From the NCBI RefSeq assembly GCF_009914755.1, contig NC_060930.1: 64,000 nt of DNA. One strand, given 5' to 3'. Shown here in pieces: positions 35,138 through 49,184 of the stretch (positions within the stretch are counted from its first letter, which is position 1; each line of letters opens with the position of its first letter). The position numbers and the translations under genes are program-made. The notes beneath the pieces are model-generated. The model was not told the DNA's origin. It was given only the letters and a program-made list of their open reading frames with translations, and did no database searches. This DNA is from the human T2T-CHM13v2.0 reference genome, Homo sapiens.

Positions 35138-36025
35138 TCCTATACATTTTAGAACAAACATATCAAGTATCTATAAAAAAATTACAACTAGGATTTTAAC
35201 TGGGATTGCACTAGATTTATAAGTTAATTTGGGGATATTTGACATCTTTATAATTTAAGTCATGTCATCTAAGACCTGGCATGTCTGAGGGGAGAGAATT
35301 GTGAGAAGAGATTGAAATAGATATTAACGAATGTCTTGGAGAGGGTCCCAAGTCCTGTCCTTACCATTGGCCTTGCTTGAGTTTGGGGGCTGGGCAACAA
35401 AAACCCATTTTAGTCAAAGAAGAACTGAGTGCAGAGGGAACTATGCTTCGCTTCCCTGGGTGTGAACCAGGGGCTCTGCAAGCGTATAGGAGAAGCCCCC
35501 ATCTGGCAAGGACTGAGTGAGAGGCCAAGGAAGTCAGTGTCTCAGAAGCCCCCCCAATACCCAGCAGGGGGAAGAAAAAGCAGCCAAGCGTGCCCAAGCA
35601 CCACAGGCTTGCAGAGCCAAAGGAACCTGGTAATATGTGGGCCTGGTGACGTGAGGCCATGGTGGATTTGGGCACAAGTGGTAGATGCCAGCGCATGACT
35701 AAGAGGACAAGATGTGCCAAGTTTCAGCTGAGTCAATGCCAATGGAAGGCAGAGAATAGTGTGAGCCAGAAACTCCCTCTCACCAGCGCCTGGGTGCTGC
35801 AGTGCCCTCTCTCTCTGCACAGGAACTGTGACAGCCTTCAGGGAGAAGAGGACCTAGGAGGAGGAGAAAGATCCAGAAATTGACTATTGATTCAAGGAGT
35901 CGTGAGTTTTAAAGCAAAAGTTATCTTGAATTGATAGGTTCAGTTTTGTGGAAATAAATAGTCACATTTTATTTTTACCCCTGAGATACTGAACTATGGT
36001 GGTTATATAAATTTCATATCCACTA

Positions 36026-36373
<348 letters not shown>

Positions 36374-36734
36374 TTAATGGCAGACAAATGTGGACAATTT
36401 TATCATTTCCAGGCCTCACTGTTTCTAAACTTAAACAAATACTTTGAGGGGATTCTGGAATAATCCTCCTGAGACCACAGCCCTACTCACAGAGCTCTTC
36501 TAGTTCGTGGAAGCTGACCTACAGAAGGGGGAGCACTTCAGTGTGGCCACCTCTCTCCAGAGTAAAGTCATTGCCACACAAGAAGTGTCCAGAGCACAGA
36601 GGCTGGCTGGGTTTCCTGCTGTTGCCTGGAGATGCCCTGACTCAAACAGAATGTGCAGCCCCTCGGGAGGTCAGGCATCCTGCAGCTGGTCTGGGAAGAC
36701 CCCTGGTCCAGTGGGAAGAGATGGGTGTGGCTTT

Positions 36735-36835
36735 TATTTTAAGAGATGGGGTCTTGCTACGTTGCCCAGGCTGGTCTTAAACTCCTGGACCTCCCAAAGC
36801 ATTGGGATTACAGGCGTGAGCCATAGCACCCAGCC
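36735..36835 (-). mobile_element. FLAM/Alu left-arm fragment
   Basis: gagatggggtcttgctacgttgcccaggctgg...; TSD tgtggctttta. Confidence 0.8.
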
Positions 36836-37519
36836 TTGTGTGGCTTTTAAATATCCCTTGTTTATGGACTAAAATGTTCTCTAATGAAAGGTAGATACTG
36901 CTTCTAAGATGCACTCCATTTTAGTTCTGGCATTGGAGGAGTTTGGAGTGTTTTCTGTGTACAACCCTCCCTGTACCTCTAGCACAAACAGACAATGAGA
37001 CCCCCTCTCCTACCCCTCACCAGCTCTAGGGAACCCAGAGGAGTGGAGGCAGGCCACTTCTTCTCTGAGGAGAGCCTCCTCCAAACCATGCGGTCTTTGG
37101 GCATCAGCTGTTTCCCCTGCTGTATTGGCCAAGGGGACACCATCTTGTAATGGCCTCTGGTTGTAGAGTCCAGGCAGATCTCGCCTTCCAACCCAGTCTT
37201 CTCTGAATTTGCTGGCCAGCCATCATCATCTTCTTCTCTCCTTTGAAATGGAGGCTCAGGAACTTTGACTCTTTGTCCTTATCATTTGTAGGGGCCTGTC
37301 ACAAAGCTGGCTCCAGGGTATTCTGTCCAGGCCCCTTGGCCACCGTTGCTCTGCTGCTCTGGTACCATGGGGGACATGAAGCTTCACTAGGGCTCACAGT
37401 CACTCCAGAACTCACCTTGGGAAGGGAGACCCTAGTCTTTCCACCCTGGGAGCCCCCCATGTTGACCTGAGGCATCTATTCTACAGCCTGTTCCCCCAGC
37501 ACTCAGCTAGGGTAGGAAG

Positions 37520-37838
37520 CAGGGACCCCAAACCTGCGTCCATGTTCTCATCCTCTGATTTGATACAGCTCACAATGCAAGGATGGTTTTTATGTTTTTA
37601 AATGGCTGAAAAGAAGAATAATAGTTTGGGACACATGAAAATTATATAAAATTCAAATTTCTGCACCTGTAAACTTTTATTGGAACATAGTCATACTCAT
37701 TCCTTCACATATTGTCTATGACTGCTTTTGTGTGACCATAGCACAGTGGAGTACTTGCAGTGGAGACTATGGGGCCCACAAAACCTAAAATATTTACTGT
37801 TCGGCCCTTTGCCATAAAGGTTTGTGGACCAACCCCTG
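37520..37838. mobile_element. MER58B-like hAT-Charlie MITE
   Basis: ttttattggaacatagtcatactcattcc...ggcccacaaaacctaaaatatttactgttcggccctttg...aacccctg. Confidence 0.75.
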
Positions 37839-38254
37839 GTCTAGGCTGAACTCTCCCTCTTCTGATAGCTGTGTATAGTCAAAGCTACTAGTGCTCCCAG
37901 AATGGTGGGGAAAAGCAGATGAGACAACTTCTGCCACCAGCCCAGCAGCTGCCAGAGTAGGGACTGTGGCTTTTATCATTGTTCTTAGGACCAGTACATA
38001 TTCCTCTGATGGTAAATAATTTTCAGTAACTCCAAGTTCAAAAGTTCTCTTCATAACCAAATTGATTTTTTATATTTCTTTGGAAGAAAAGGTTACTACT
38101 ACCTTGTAATAAGTTACTTTTTTACAGTGTTATAAAAGAATGAATTGGTGAAATAACTTCCAAGCAGGAAGATGTTCTCAAACCAGTTCTTGTTAATTTT
38201 TAGCTCAATCAGACAATTAGAACCACAAACTCAGGTATTAAAAACACTGAAGAT

Positions 38255-38622
<368 letters not shown>

Positions 38623-38912
38623 TCAGTTCAAAAAACTGGATTGAGAATAGGAGTAGAGTGTTTGTCCTCTTGAAGGAGATTTTGAATCTGATTCTAGATT
38701 TGTATTGTTTAAAATTTGCAGTCCATCTCTAAACTCATGGACTAGGAAAAGGCTTGGGGGGACGCTAGGAATGTAGCCATCTTTTGTTCAACTTTGAGAA
38801 AGCCAAACTGAAGACTTTACAACATAACAGTAAGTGTATGAACTTGTCTGTTCCTTTGCGCTTTCAAAAATTCGTTTATTCAACATTCATTTACTGAGAA
38901 CTCATCACTTAC

Positions 38913-38967
38913 CCTTATAATGCATTATATTAGAGGCAAAAAGCTACAAAGATATATGCCACCATCG
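38913..38967 (-). ncRNA. Candidate 55-nt internal exon (minus-strand lncRNA)
   Basis: ttctctctgtgtgcAG|CGATGG...ATAAGG|GTAAGT. Confidence 0.35.
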
Positions 38968-39884
38968 CTGCACACAGAGAGAATCCAGTAAAGTGGGTGG
39001 GTTTTCTTGATTGTAAGGAGCAGACTCAGCTAGGTTAGCTCAGGAGGGAGATAAACATGGAACATCAATGGAGTTGGTCTTCCACAGAAGGAAGGAAGAG
39101 GCATTGGAAGGGATAGGCCTCACTGCCCTGGGACTGAGGAGCCACTCTGGCTCCAGGAGACTCCAGGGCTCTGTGGCAGGAGTTAGGGGGCCATGTCCAC
39201 TGGCCTAGCTCAGTCTCCTCTGAGCTGCTTCTTTCCCTTGGCCTGAAACTCTTCTCTCCACCATCACTACAGCTTGCTCATAGTTTCAATATTTTGCAAC
39301 CGGGGCTTCTTACAACCTACTGTAGCTCCAATTCTTATCTTTTCATTTCAAAGCATCCTCCCAAGTCTTTTCGCTTTTTCTTGACCTTTCTTTGGTTAAA
39401 TTTCCAAGGTAGAAATGGCGTTTAACCCAGCTTTTATGTATGCGTCAGGTTATGAGAAAAGTTGCTGACCAACCTATCGATTGGCTGTCTTTTTGTTAGG
39501 TGTCAACCATGAACCAATCTGCTCTAGGGACGGGGTCATACAGGGCAAAGTATCCTCACTTAGAGCTGCTCCTTTGGGCTGTCCCTAGCAGGCTTAGTGG
39601 GAATGACAGACAATGGGAATAACTTGTTTACCATGGAAATAAATACATATAAAATTAGCTCTATGCTATGATAATACTGAGTCAAATTCCTTGGGCCAAC
39701 ATAACTGCCCAGATGGTGGGGAAAGAAAATAAACCATAACCAGGTAGGATTAGAGCTGGGGGAAGCTCTTGTCAACAGGGCTTGCTCTTCCATGGGTAGC
39801 CAGGAGGGCAACACCCAGGGGAGTAAGCAGCTTCAGGCTATTGTATCCAAGGGGTTTCCTGGCAGTCAGCCATCAGGAAGGCAT

Positions 39885-40434
39885 TGTAAGAATTAAAGAA
39901 AGAGGAGAGAAACACGAAGGGTGGCTCAACAGTTAACAGGTTTATTTTAAACCTGGGAGGGACTTCTGATCGAGTTAGGTCAGAAGCCACACTCTCTTGC
40001 AGACTAAGAGTTTTTAAAGATTCAGGGTGGGAGAGTTTATCAGAGGCTTGGACTGCTTCTGTGTCTCTCTGTTGTGCTTATTTGGGAGGGAGAGTTGTGT
40101 GTCTGTTCCCATACATCTTTCTGTAGCTGCAGGCATATCCCCCCAATCTGCCTTTAGCCTTCCTATCTTAGTGCACCTGAAAGGAAAGGAATGTGCTTAT
40201 TAAGGCCCACTGTTTTACTGGGGCCCATTGTATGAGGGTGAAGTTTGGCAGTTACCCAAGAGACTTTCCTCCCACTTCCCTCTGTGCCCGTCTTATCTGT
40301 ATTTTACTGTCTGCTCTTTCTGACTGCTTGTAATGAGAAGACAAGTGATTTTCTTGAAATGCCTGAGGCTAGAAAGGGAGCTGGAACTTAAAGTGGCAGT
40401 GTTTGTCCGAGATGATGGTGCTCCTGTCCTGTCA
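39885..40434 (-). mobile_element. ERV1 solo LTR, LTR19B-like
   Basis: TG...CA termini, perfect 5-bp TSD ggcat; minus strand starts TGACAGGACAGGAGCACCATCATCTCGGACAAACACTGCCACTTTAAGTTCC; AATAAA near the 3' end. Confidence 0.75.
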
Positions 40435-43406
40435 GGCATAGTTCAGGGTGATGAGTTCCCTGAGAGCCAGTGATTGGTTGTACCATACTGAGGGTAAGTT
40501 CCAGTCTGACAAGGAAGAGCAACCAAAGTTAGGCAGGATCTCCAAGTTGTCTGAAGCTTGGAGAAAACAACTAATCCCAATGGGAAACTGGAGGGCTAAG
40601 CAGACACCAAAAATAGAGGCTCTGTCTTATAGAACGTGCATATTGTGTGGTGCATGTATGTGCATGTGTGTGTAGGGGACAACACTGATACAACTCTGAG
40701 GACATATATCAGTCACAATAACACAAACGATTCCTAGTGGTGCAAATGACTTGAGACCTTCACCTGCAACATGGCTAAGAGGCTACAGAAGACAGAAATT
40801 CAGAGGAGTGAGTGAGGATTCAGGGCAATTATCACAGACAACTCTTCAGCTGACCTTAACGTATGTATTTATCAGAAACAAAGGGAGGGAGGTGAGGAAA
40901 CTCGGTCAGTAGAATCAAAATGTTCTGGCTTATCTGATATCTTCCCCCTTGGGCCTGAAATCACCTACATAGCTAAGGGGGTTGTAAGAGAACCCAGAAG
41001 GTAAATTACTCCCAGTTACTTGCCACAGAGTGAGGTCCACGTGGGGAAGCCAGCTAGTAGACTGAATCTCCCCTGAGGGTTGGTAAGAACATGCAAAGAA
41101 AAGAGCCCTGCAGGGCTAAGTCATCCTCTTCTTCATTTTCAAGGAGCAGGGCATCATGGGCCTTTTTCATCACTTTTCAAAAGTCTGAGCTGCTTCTGTT
41201 GCTTCCATTTGTTCACCATGAAAAAATCTACTTAGGTGGTCACCCCAAGTGCTTTAACTCTCTTTATCTGGAGTCAACAGCAGAAGCTTGGCTAATTAAC
41301 AAAATGATAAAAATCATAATGATAAATAATAAAAATGGCTTCTTATTGGTAAAATTAGTGATCAGTCAATTAACATGAAGCAAGTGAGAAATGGGCTTTT
41401 ACTATTGAACCTAATGGTGTTCGAGACAAGTGGACTGGGGAAAGCATTAGGGACAGTCTCTACTCTTACGTAAGCTGGGTGTAAGATTTTGGCCAGCCCT
41501 TCACTTGTCACCTTTCTAAATGGCATAAGAAATATGATTCTGACCTTGTCCTGTGTTCAGCTGTGAATTCAGACAATTCAGTTACCTGGTGCAATTAAAA
41601 TCTGGTCTTTAGAATACTGCCCTGTCACTCTTAAGAGGCCCTTTCATGTAGAGTGTGGACAAAGCACTGAAAAGTTCAGAGGGCTGGAAATTTGCCAAGC
41701 TTACAGAACCAGCTGCATGAACGATTTTGGATCTTCTTACTGATAAATATGTATGTGTGCCAGCATTTGGGCTGAGATCTGCTTTCATTATAATATTATA
41801 GGAAGTAGGGTTATGAGGAGATGAGGCTAATCAGATCCCACTACTTCTTGGCCAGGCTTGGGAACCTTAATGATGCAGAAAAGGGATTTCTATAGAGTCC
41901 AGGCAGCATTATTAATTTGTCCACTTCACAAATGTTTCTCACATAACTTCCATATGTCAGGCATGTGCTCCTGTGTACCACACTGAGGGTACAGTGTTGC
42001 ATAGGGCAGATGTGCTCCCCTCCCTCAAACAGCTTACAGACCAGGAGACAAGTGATCAAGCAAGTAATTACGACCAGTGGTGAGTAATATGGCAGGGAAA
42101 TGCAGAGAAGCGGGGACACAGAGCAAACAGAATACCCATGGGTGGGAGGTTGACATAGTGCCTCCTTTGTGCTGAAAAAACTCAAGTGCTAGAACTTATC
42201 CATACACCACTGGACAAATGCCTGAAGGCCACTGGTGGGCCTGACCCTATTACAGAATTTACAGCTCAAGGACATTTTGAAGTCCTATGGTCATCCTCTT
42301 CCCATCAGCTTGGGGTCACATGGACACCTGGTCCCCTCCTATTTTTATTCCAGAGGACACTGAGGTTCAAATACACATGCTGCGGTTGGCAGATTTTATC
42401 CCTAGAGACCAAAGTATGAAGAGGCTCCATGACTTGCCCAAGGGCATTTATTGAGTCAACAGTAGAAATGCGAAGAAAATTCTGTCACCTGATACTGGGG
42501 CCAGCTCCCCTTCCCTTGACACATCATCTAAAGGGGGAAATAATCTTCTGAAGTATCAAATAACTCTGGTATTTTGATGAGTGAGCAAGCTGGTAAGCAA
42601 ATAATGAGAAAAGTGAGTGTTGAATTTCCCTTGACATAACCCTTTTGGAAAATGCAGCGGCAGATGCAAGAAGAATGTGACTTATATTATAATGAAAGCA
42701 AAAATATTTTCAAATAGATTCAGGGGGCTAATAAACAGAAGGTCTGGCTATGAGTGTCAGCCTAAAGGAGAGCAGAGAAAAAGATCCTAGAGTTCTCAGC
42801 CAGGCAAGATGACTGCTTACAATACACAGCTTTCATATAGGGAGTGAGTGTCCTTTTTCATCCTCTTAGTTACGTAAGGGAAAGGGAAAGGCATTCTTCA
42901 AACACAGATCACTTCAGAGTAGTCTCACTTGAGAAGCTAGTGACGTGTGCTGATAAAATGACGGGTGCTGGATTCTTGTTGAGATGAGGAAACAATGCCT
43001 TTGGGGGTAGAGGATCTGTGAATCACTCCCTCTGTGCCAAAGAAAGGGACTCAGGAGAAGCCTGGCCTGAGTGCTATGAGTCCACTGACCCCTCAGTCAC
43101 ACTAAATATCTATGAGAACCATGAAGGAATGGGCTTCTACATTTCAGATTGCGAATTCTGAAAAGAATGAAATTCCTTACAGAAGTTTATCTTTATTTTC
43201 TACTGGGTAGAATTTCTAGAAGCTTCTTTAAAAATTGTGGTTTCCTTGGCCTTAAAGAGTGATAATAACTTTTCCCTCAGCATAATTCTGCCCCACCCTA
43301 AAACAGCACTGTGTCTGGTGCTTCTTGTTTGTCCCAGTGGCAGCACCTAGGATTAGGTTTCTTCAGTCTTCCTGTAATAAAACAAAACAACATTGAAATG
43401 AGTTTC

Positions 43407-43850
43407 TATGATGGCTACCTTTATGTGTCAATTTGACTGGGCCAAGGGCTTGCCCAGACAGCTGGTAAAACATTATTTCTGGGTGTGTCATGAGGGTAGC
43501 TGCATAAAGAACACCTGCCCTCACCAATGTGGGTGAGCACCATCTAATCCATGGAGAACCCAAGTAGCGTCAAAAGGCAGAGTAAGGGTGAATGTGCTCC
43601 CTTCTTGAGCTGGGGCATCTATCTTCTGGCCTCAGACATCAGACCTATGTATATACATCAGGCCTATGTGTGTACCTCTCTATATATCCTATATATTGAT
43701 ATAAGATATATATCTATATAGATCTATAGATCAATAGGACAGATCTATATATAGGATATATACATCTATATATCCTATTCCTATATATAGGATCCAATAT
43801 ATAGATCTATATATCCTATTGCTTCTGTTTCTCTTGAGGGCACTAATACA
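43407..43850 (+). mobile_element. MLT2 (ERVL) solo LTR with an internal AT-rich simple repeat
   Basis: tatgatggctacctttatgtgtcaatttgactgggccaaggg...cctattgcttctgtttctct...ctaataca. Confidence 0.8.
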
Positions 43851-44369
43851 GCTTCTTTAGGATCTTTCCGTTTAAAAGAGAAAAGGAGGATGGCAAGGAA
43901 AAGATTTTCCTTTGACATTTAGTTCACTTGGAGGACTGTATTTACTGAAACATTTCTATGGGCTTCATTTTATAAAGGCAACCATACACAATCTGTCCAT
44001 GTCAGTAGACACATAACATCCACACCCCCAGGCAATTTAAGATTAGAAAGCTCAGATCTGGTTGGCCTCGGTGTGCTCATTTGACTCCATTTTTCTTTCC
44101 TCATCTGCAAGATATTCAACATTATTATGTCAATGGATTGATTGTATTGAGGAAGAAGAGGAGATGTCACTAAAGTTGGACATCACTACTTTTTTCCCGG
44201 TTTTTCAAAGGTTTGTAGCATGGAAACAAATCTCTCTAGACTAAACTACACAAGAAGCCAATCCCCTTCATATGAAAAACATTCCACTTGACAGGACAAA
44301 TCCTTTGATTTTTTTGCAAGGAAATTTTATGAAAGAGCCTGGAAGCTTGTTTACAGAGACTAGAAAAGA

Positions 44370-45150
44370 ATAAGCTCCGTGGAGAGCTCTTTCCTGAGAC
44401 CTGAACACCCAACTGTCTGCTGGACATCATTTTCTTAGACACCCCCAAATTCAACATGTCTAAAACAGAACCTATTGTCTCTTCTCCCTACCCCTCCAAC
44501 CCTGCTCCACTGAAGTTGCTATCTTATTGATGCCACCATCTTCCACCCAGGTGTCCAAGCTAGAAACCAAAGAATCCTCCGTGAGGCCTTTCTCTCGCAT
44601 CCTCTCCGCTATCCAGTTAGTTACTAATTCCTGTTACTGCTGCTTCCTACATTTCTCAAATATTTATCCACTTCTCTTCATTTTCACTGCCTGCCCTCCC
44701 CTGGTGGCGGCTCTGAGCATCTCTCATCTGGATCACTGCACCAGCCTCTTAATGGGGGGCCCTACCTCCTGCCTTGCCCTCCATCTGTTCCCTACATGCA
44801 AGAGAGTGATCCTTCTAAAATGCAAATCTGAACCCATCAGTTTTCTGCTGAAGATCCTTCCATAGCTCCCTACTGGGAATAAAGGTCAAACAATGCTTAG
44901 AAAGAACTTCTTTGTTTGAACTGGTTTATCTCTTCAAAGTCTTGACTAACCACTCCTACCCTCTCCTACTCCATCCTTGAGCTGTGAAAACTTGTAGGTC
45001 CCAGATGAATCTGCCTTGCGGTCTGTCTCCTCTTGGCCTTTGCATATAGTAGCCTCACAGCATGGAACACTCTTTACTCTCACTCTTCGCCTAGAAAACT
45101 GCTACTGCCCCTTCAGATCTCAGCTTAGAAGCCTCTTTCCAACTTAGCTT
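44370..45150 (+). mobile_element. L2 fragment
   Basis: aaattcaacatgtctaaaacagaac...ctctcatctggatcactgcaccagcctcttaatgg...gagtgatccttctaaaatgcaaatctga. Confidence 0.75.
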
Positions 45151-45264
45151 ACATGCTTCCATAGCACAGCCTGTATGTCCCATTTCAAAGTTCTTGCCTC
45201 ACTTGGGAATGCAAATGTCTATTTACTCATTTGGTTGTATTCACTGCTAAAATATATGCTTCTT

Positions 45265-45520
45265 ATATGACATGTTAGAAAAGGCAAAACTATAGTGACA
45301 GAAAGCAGATCAGTGGTTGCCAGTAGCTGGGGGGAGGGTAGGAGATTGACTACAAGCAGTGCAAGCAATCTTTTCAGGGTGATGTAAATATTCTCTATCT
45401 TGATCCTAGTAGTGGTTATACTACCCCGTGCATTTGTCAAAATGCATCAAACTTTACACTTAAAATGAGTGAATTTTATTGTATAGCAAGTATACCTCAA
45501 TAAAGCTGGTTGTAAGAAAA
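45265..45520 (+). mobile_element. L1MC/ME 3' fragment
   Basis: aggcaaaactatagtgacagaaagcagatcagtggttgcc...tatacctcaataaagctg. Confidence 0.75.
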
Positions 45521-47153
45521 ATTAATATGTGATCCTCCAGGGCAGGTTTATACTTAGAACCATCCCTGGCTCATAGTAAGTGCCTACAATAGGTAATTGT
45601 TAAACCAATGAATGGATAAACAAATCAATATTATTTCCTTTCCCCTATTGTTTTGTACAATTGGAATAAATTATTTTTTTAAAGATGTGCTTAAAAAGTG
45701 TTCATTTATGACCTACCTTGTCATCCCAGCAGTGGAATCAAATTTCTTTCAGTGAAACATGTAAACGTAAGACCTGTGCATGTCTTATGGGAGAAAATGT
45801 TTCCAGGATGAACTCACTCAGAGGAGGAGACAGCATTACAGTGGCGCCAGACAGCTGCAGCTCTACTTGCCCTAGGCACGAAGAGGGTGAGAAACAAATG
45901 CTTCAGGGGACTGGCTAGCAGCAGTTCTGAGGCCTGCTGCCCTGAAGCTTCTTTTCTGCAGCTCCTGGCTGATCCGGGTTCTGGATGCATCATGTCTTGA
46001 AGGCACTGACAATATCCACTTCCTATTCCTTAGCTGCATATGTCTTCCTTCTCATGGACTAGGGTGAAGGCCTGGTGCTGATGCAGAGAGACTAACTAGA
46101 GACAAGTACCTGCTTTGGCCTGAGACATCTTTGACCAGAGGCACAGGATGTACTTGCTTAACGGTAACCTATACCAGGGTTAACCCTTGCCCAGCTGTTC
46201 CAGGTTAGGAGCCCTTTCTGCACTGACAGTCTCCTTCAAGAACAAAAGAATATTTTGAATTGGAAAAGATTAGCTTGCTCTTTCCTTCATTTTCAGTTGA
46301 GGAAACTGAGGTCAGAAAGGGTGAGAGACTTGGCTGGACTATGACGAGATCACTGGGACTGGAACCTTGTTTCTGCACTTGAGGGCCAGCTGCCAGCAGC
46401 CTCCCTGCACCACTCCCAGGTGGTTTGCTCATCCCAACGCACTGCAGTGCGGGGAAGGAGTGTGCTCTCCTTCATAACCCAGCAGGGATTAACGCAGGCT
46501 ACTTAGCTGAATTTAGAAAGTACTTGGTGAATCAATATAATGAATCTCAGAATTCACATTTTCTCTCAGATTTTACTATTGAACAAATGAAAAGAACAAA
46601 AAGTAAAAACAAATGGACTGATTTTTTAAAGATCACACAAGTCATCACCATTCCCAGCTAACTGATGGACTCCCTTGGAAGGTGACGGCTTCTCCCCCAC
46701 CTGTCTAAGCACACAGAAAACACATCAAGTCCTCCGTGTGGCTCAGCACCACCTCTTTTCCTCTCACACACCTGGTGGAGACTGTTGAATGAATAAACAG
46801 ACAACCTCATTTGTAAGTAGGTGGCTTGGAATCCAGAATGCATTTTCCAAAGGAAACGACGTCATAGGAGGGCTTGGGTTTCCTGGGCCTGCCCACAAAG
46901 CCTAATTAATCTATCACACTACTGAAAGGCTATATATTTTCAGTAGGAAATAAGGGGAAAAAGAAGTACAGTTACCATAATCATCATAAAATAAACATAA
47001 AAACCTGAACAAGAAATGCTTGCCTAGGGCAGATCTTATCCCCACTACCCAGCTCCACTCAGAAGATGGAGCAGAGCCTGTCTCTCTCTCTCTTAAATGA
47101 GTGATCATGCCTCAAAATTAGTGCCTTCATTTACTAATAGCCGAATCTCTCTC

Positions 47154-47241
47154 TGACAGCTGCTCAGATTAACCAGGCATATATTACTTTCATCTTTAAT
47201 AAACAGGCACTCTAGAGTCGGTGGCTGGTCTCCATGGCAAC
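47154..47241. promoter_or_regulatory. Candidate enhancer motifs: TGACAGCTG (MEIS/E-box) and an RFX X-box
   Basis: GTCTCCATGGCAAC at 47228-47241 (reverse GTTGCCATGGAGAC); TGACAGCTG at 47154-47162; apparently non-repetitive context. Confidence 0.45.
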
Positions 47242-49184
47242 CAGATTAAGTTTTTCCGCTGATGTTGGGGGCAAAAAGACAGAAGGAATAGACGCTAAGA
47301 TGGCAGGGGAAGGTACATGTGGATTATAAAGTACTGTCCTCCATTTCTTTACTGGTCCCAGGCTACCTCCCAGCAAGAATGGAGAGTGGCTGTTTCTACC
47401 TTCTACTGCACACAGAGGAAAAGGGGTCCTGATCAGTGCTATCAGTACGATGGGAAAGGGCTGGGTTACAGAGCTTAGCGCACACCGAGGCCTGCACTGC
47501 CAAGGAGCTACATGCAATTGCATCCATCCAACTGAATTCTCATTTCCTGCGTGTGCCTGGCCCTGTGCTTCGTGCTGCGGAGGTGGTTTACAGTAAAAGC
47601 ATGTAGACTAAGTGAGGAGAGGTGCCAACACGTATCATGGGGAGGGCAGGAGGAGGTCCAGCCCCTGCCTCCCCAACCAGGAGCAGCTGCAGCTCACAGC
47701 ACCATTTGCCCTCAAGCTAAGCCACACCTAGTTCTTGAGCTCTGGCCAGAATGACTTTAGCCTTGCCAATCTAGCAGCTGGTCAGGCTGAATCAAGCGTT
47801 TTTTGATAGTTCATGGATGCAGCATCATCCACTGGGCCTCTAACACCTGGAGACCCACAGAATTCCTGCCTTCCCTCAGCCATGACTGGTGGATTGACTT
47901 GGCCTGCGTGACTGGGATCTGACTCACATTCCTGACCCAGGCTGGGGCCCTGACACCCTGCCTTTCTCTTGTCTGCATCTTACCTCAGGCACCTGAACCT
48001 AGTTTCATACCCCTAGGCAGGTTCCTGCTCTAAAGGAGTGGTCGCCCAGAACCACCCTGACAAAAGCTTTCATACTGTTTCAGCTACTGTTTGCTGCTGG
48101 AACTGCCTGCCTCTATGCCCCAGCAGGGGGACAGATTGCTGTGGGCCCTGAAGACTGGACCTTGGACCACTCGCACCCACTCAGGCCAAGGTCTGTCAAC
48201 TTCTGGTACCAAATTCTTCCTCATCCCTACAAACCAGGGATGCCGCCAAAATACCAGAAATCCTTATTCCTGAGCCTGAGGTGGTATTTGAAATGGGTCT
48301 TGACGGGTGGCCAGGATTTGGACAATAAAAGAGAAGACTTTCTCTGTCAGCACCAGGGTCCTTGATGAGAGTCATAGGGTGATGGTGTAATTCATTCAAA
48401 TCTCTATTAGGTAACCCTAACCTCTGTCTGTTTTCATGGTGCTTTCTGCTGGACTCTCCATCCCTCTGCTGTGTCTCCTGCCTGCTCCCCCTCGGGTGCT
48501 TCCCTGTATTCCTTTTCTCCTGTACTTTTCCACTTGCACCCTACGTCAGTGTTTCCTGAGCTCAACTCTCCTTTTCCTACTCTCTGCTCCGATACTGAAC
48601 ACGGGGTGGCGGGGGGGTAGTGGGGAGGGGTGGGGAAAGCTGCTTGCTGTGCCCCAGGTAATTCTCTCATCCTCACTGCCAGCTTTAAGGGGAAATACTG
48701 GTCCCAGAAGACAAACCCTTCCTCCTGTCCGTTGGAAACAAGTAGGTTGATTTTTCCATCACAGGAGTGAAACAGCAAAGGCTGTTGGTTGTACCAGTGG
48801 ATCCAGCGCCTACTAAGAGCTTACTACTCATTTCTATCCATTTAGTGTGGCATACTCCAGAAGATTCTCTTGCCCTTCCCTTGACCCAAAATACCTCCTC
48901 TACTGGTGCCTGAAAGCCTACCATTAACCTAGTCATTCCTTTGTGTTAATCATTACTTTTTCCTGATGGTCTTCCTTTGAACATAAAAGCACTCCCAGAA
49001 GGGAAAAGATTTGCTTCCTAATGCCTCTATGCAAACGAAGAATGGAGGGGAAAGTGCCGAAGGTTTCAAACCTTCCCAATGGGGTTGGAGTATAAATCTA
49101 ATTTGACTGGGTGGAGAATTAACAAAATACATTGAAATTATAGAACTGCTGATGTTCATATAGTCATTTTTCCATTTTTTAATC

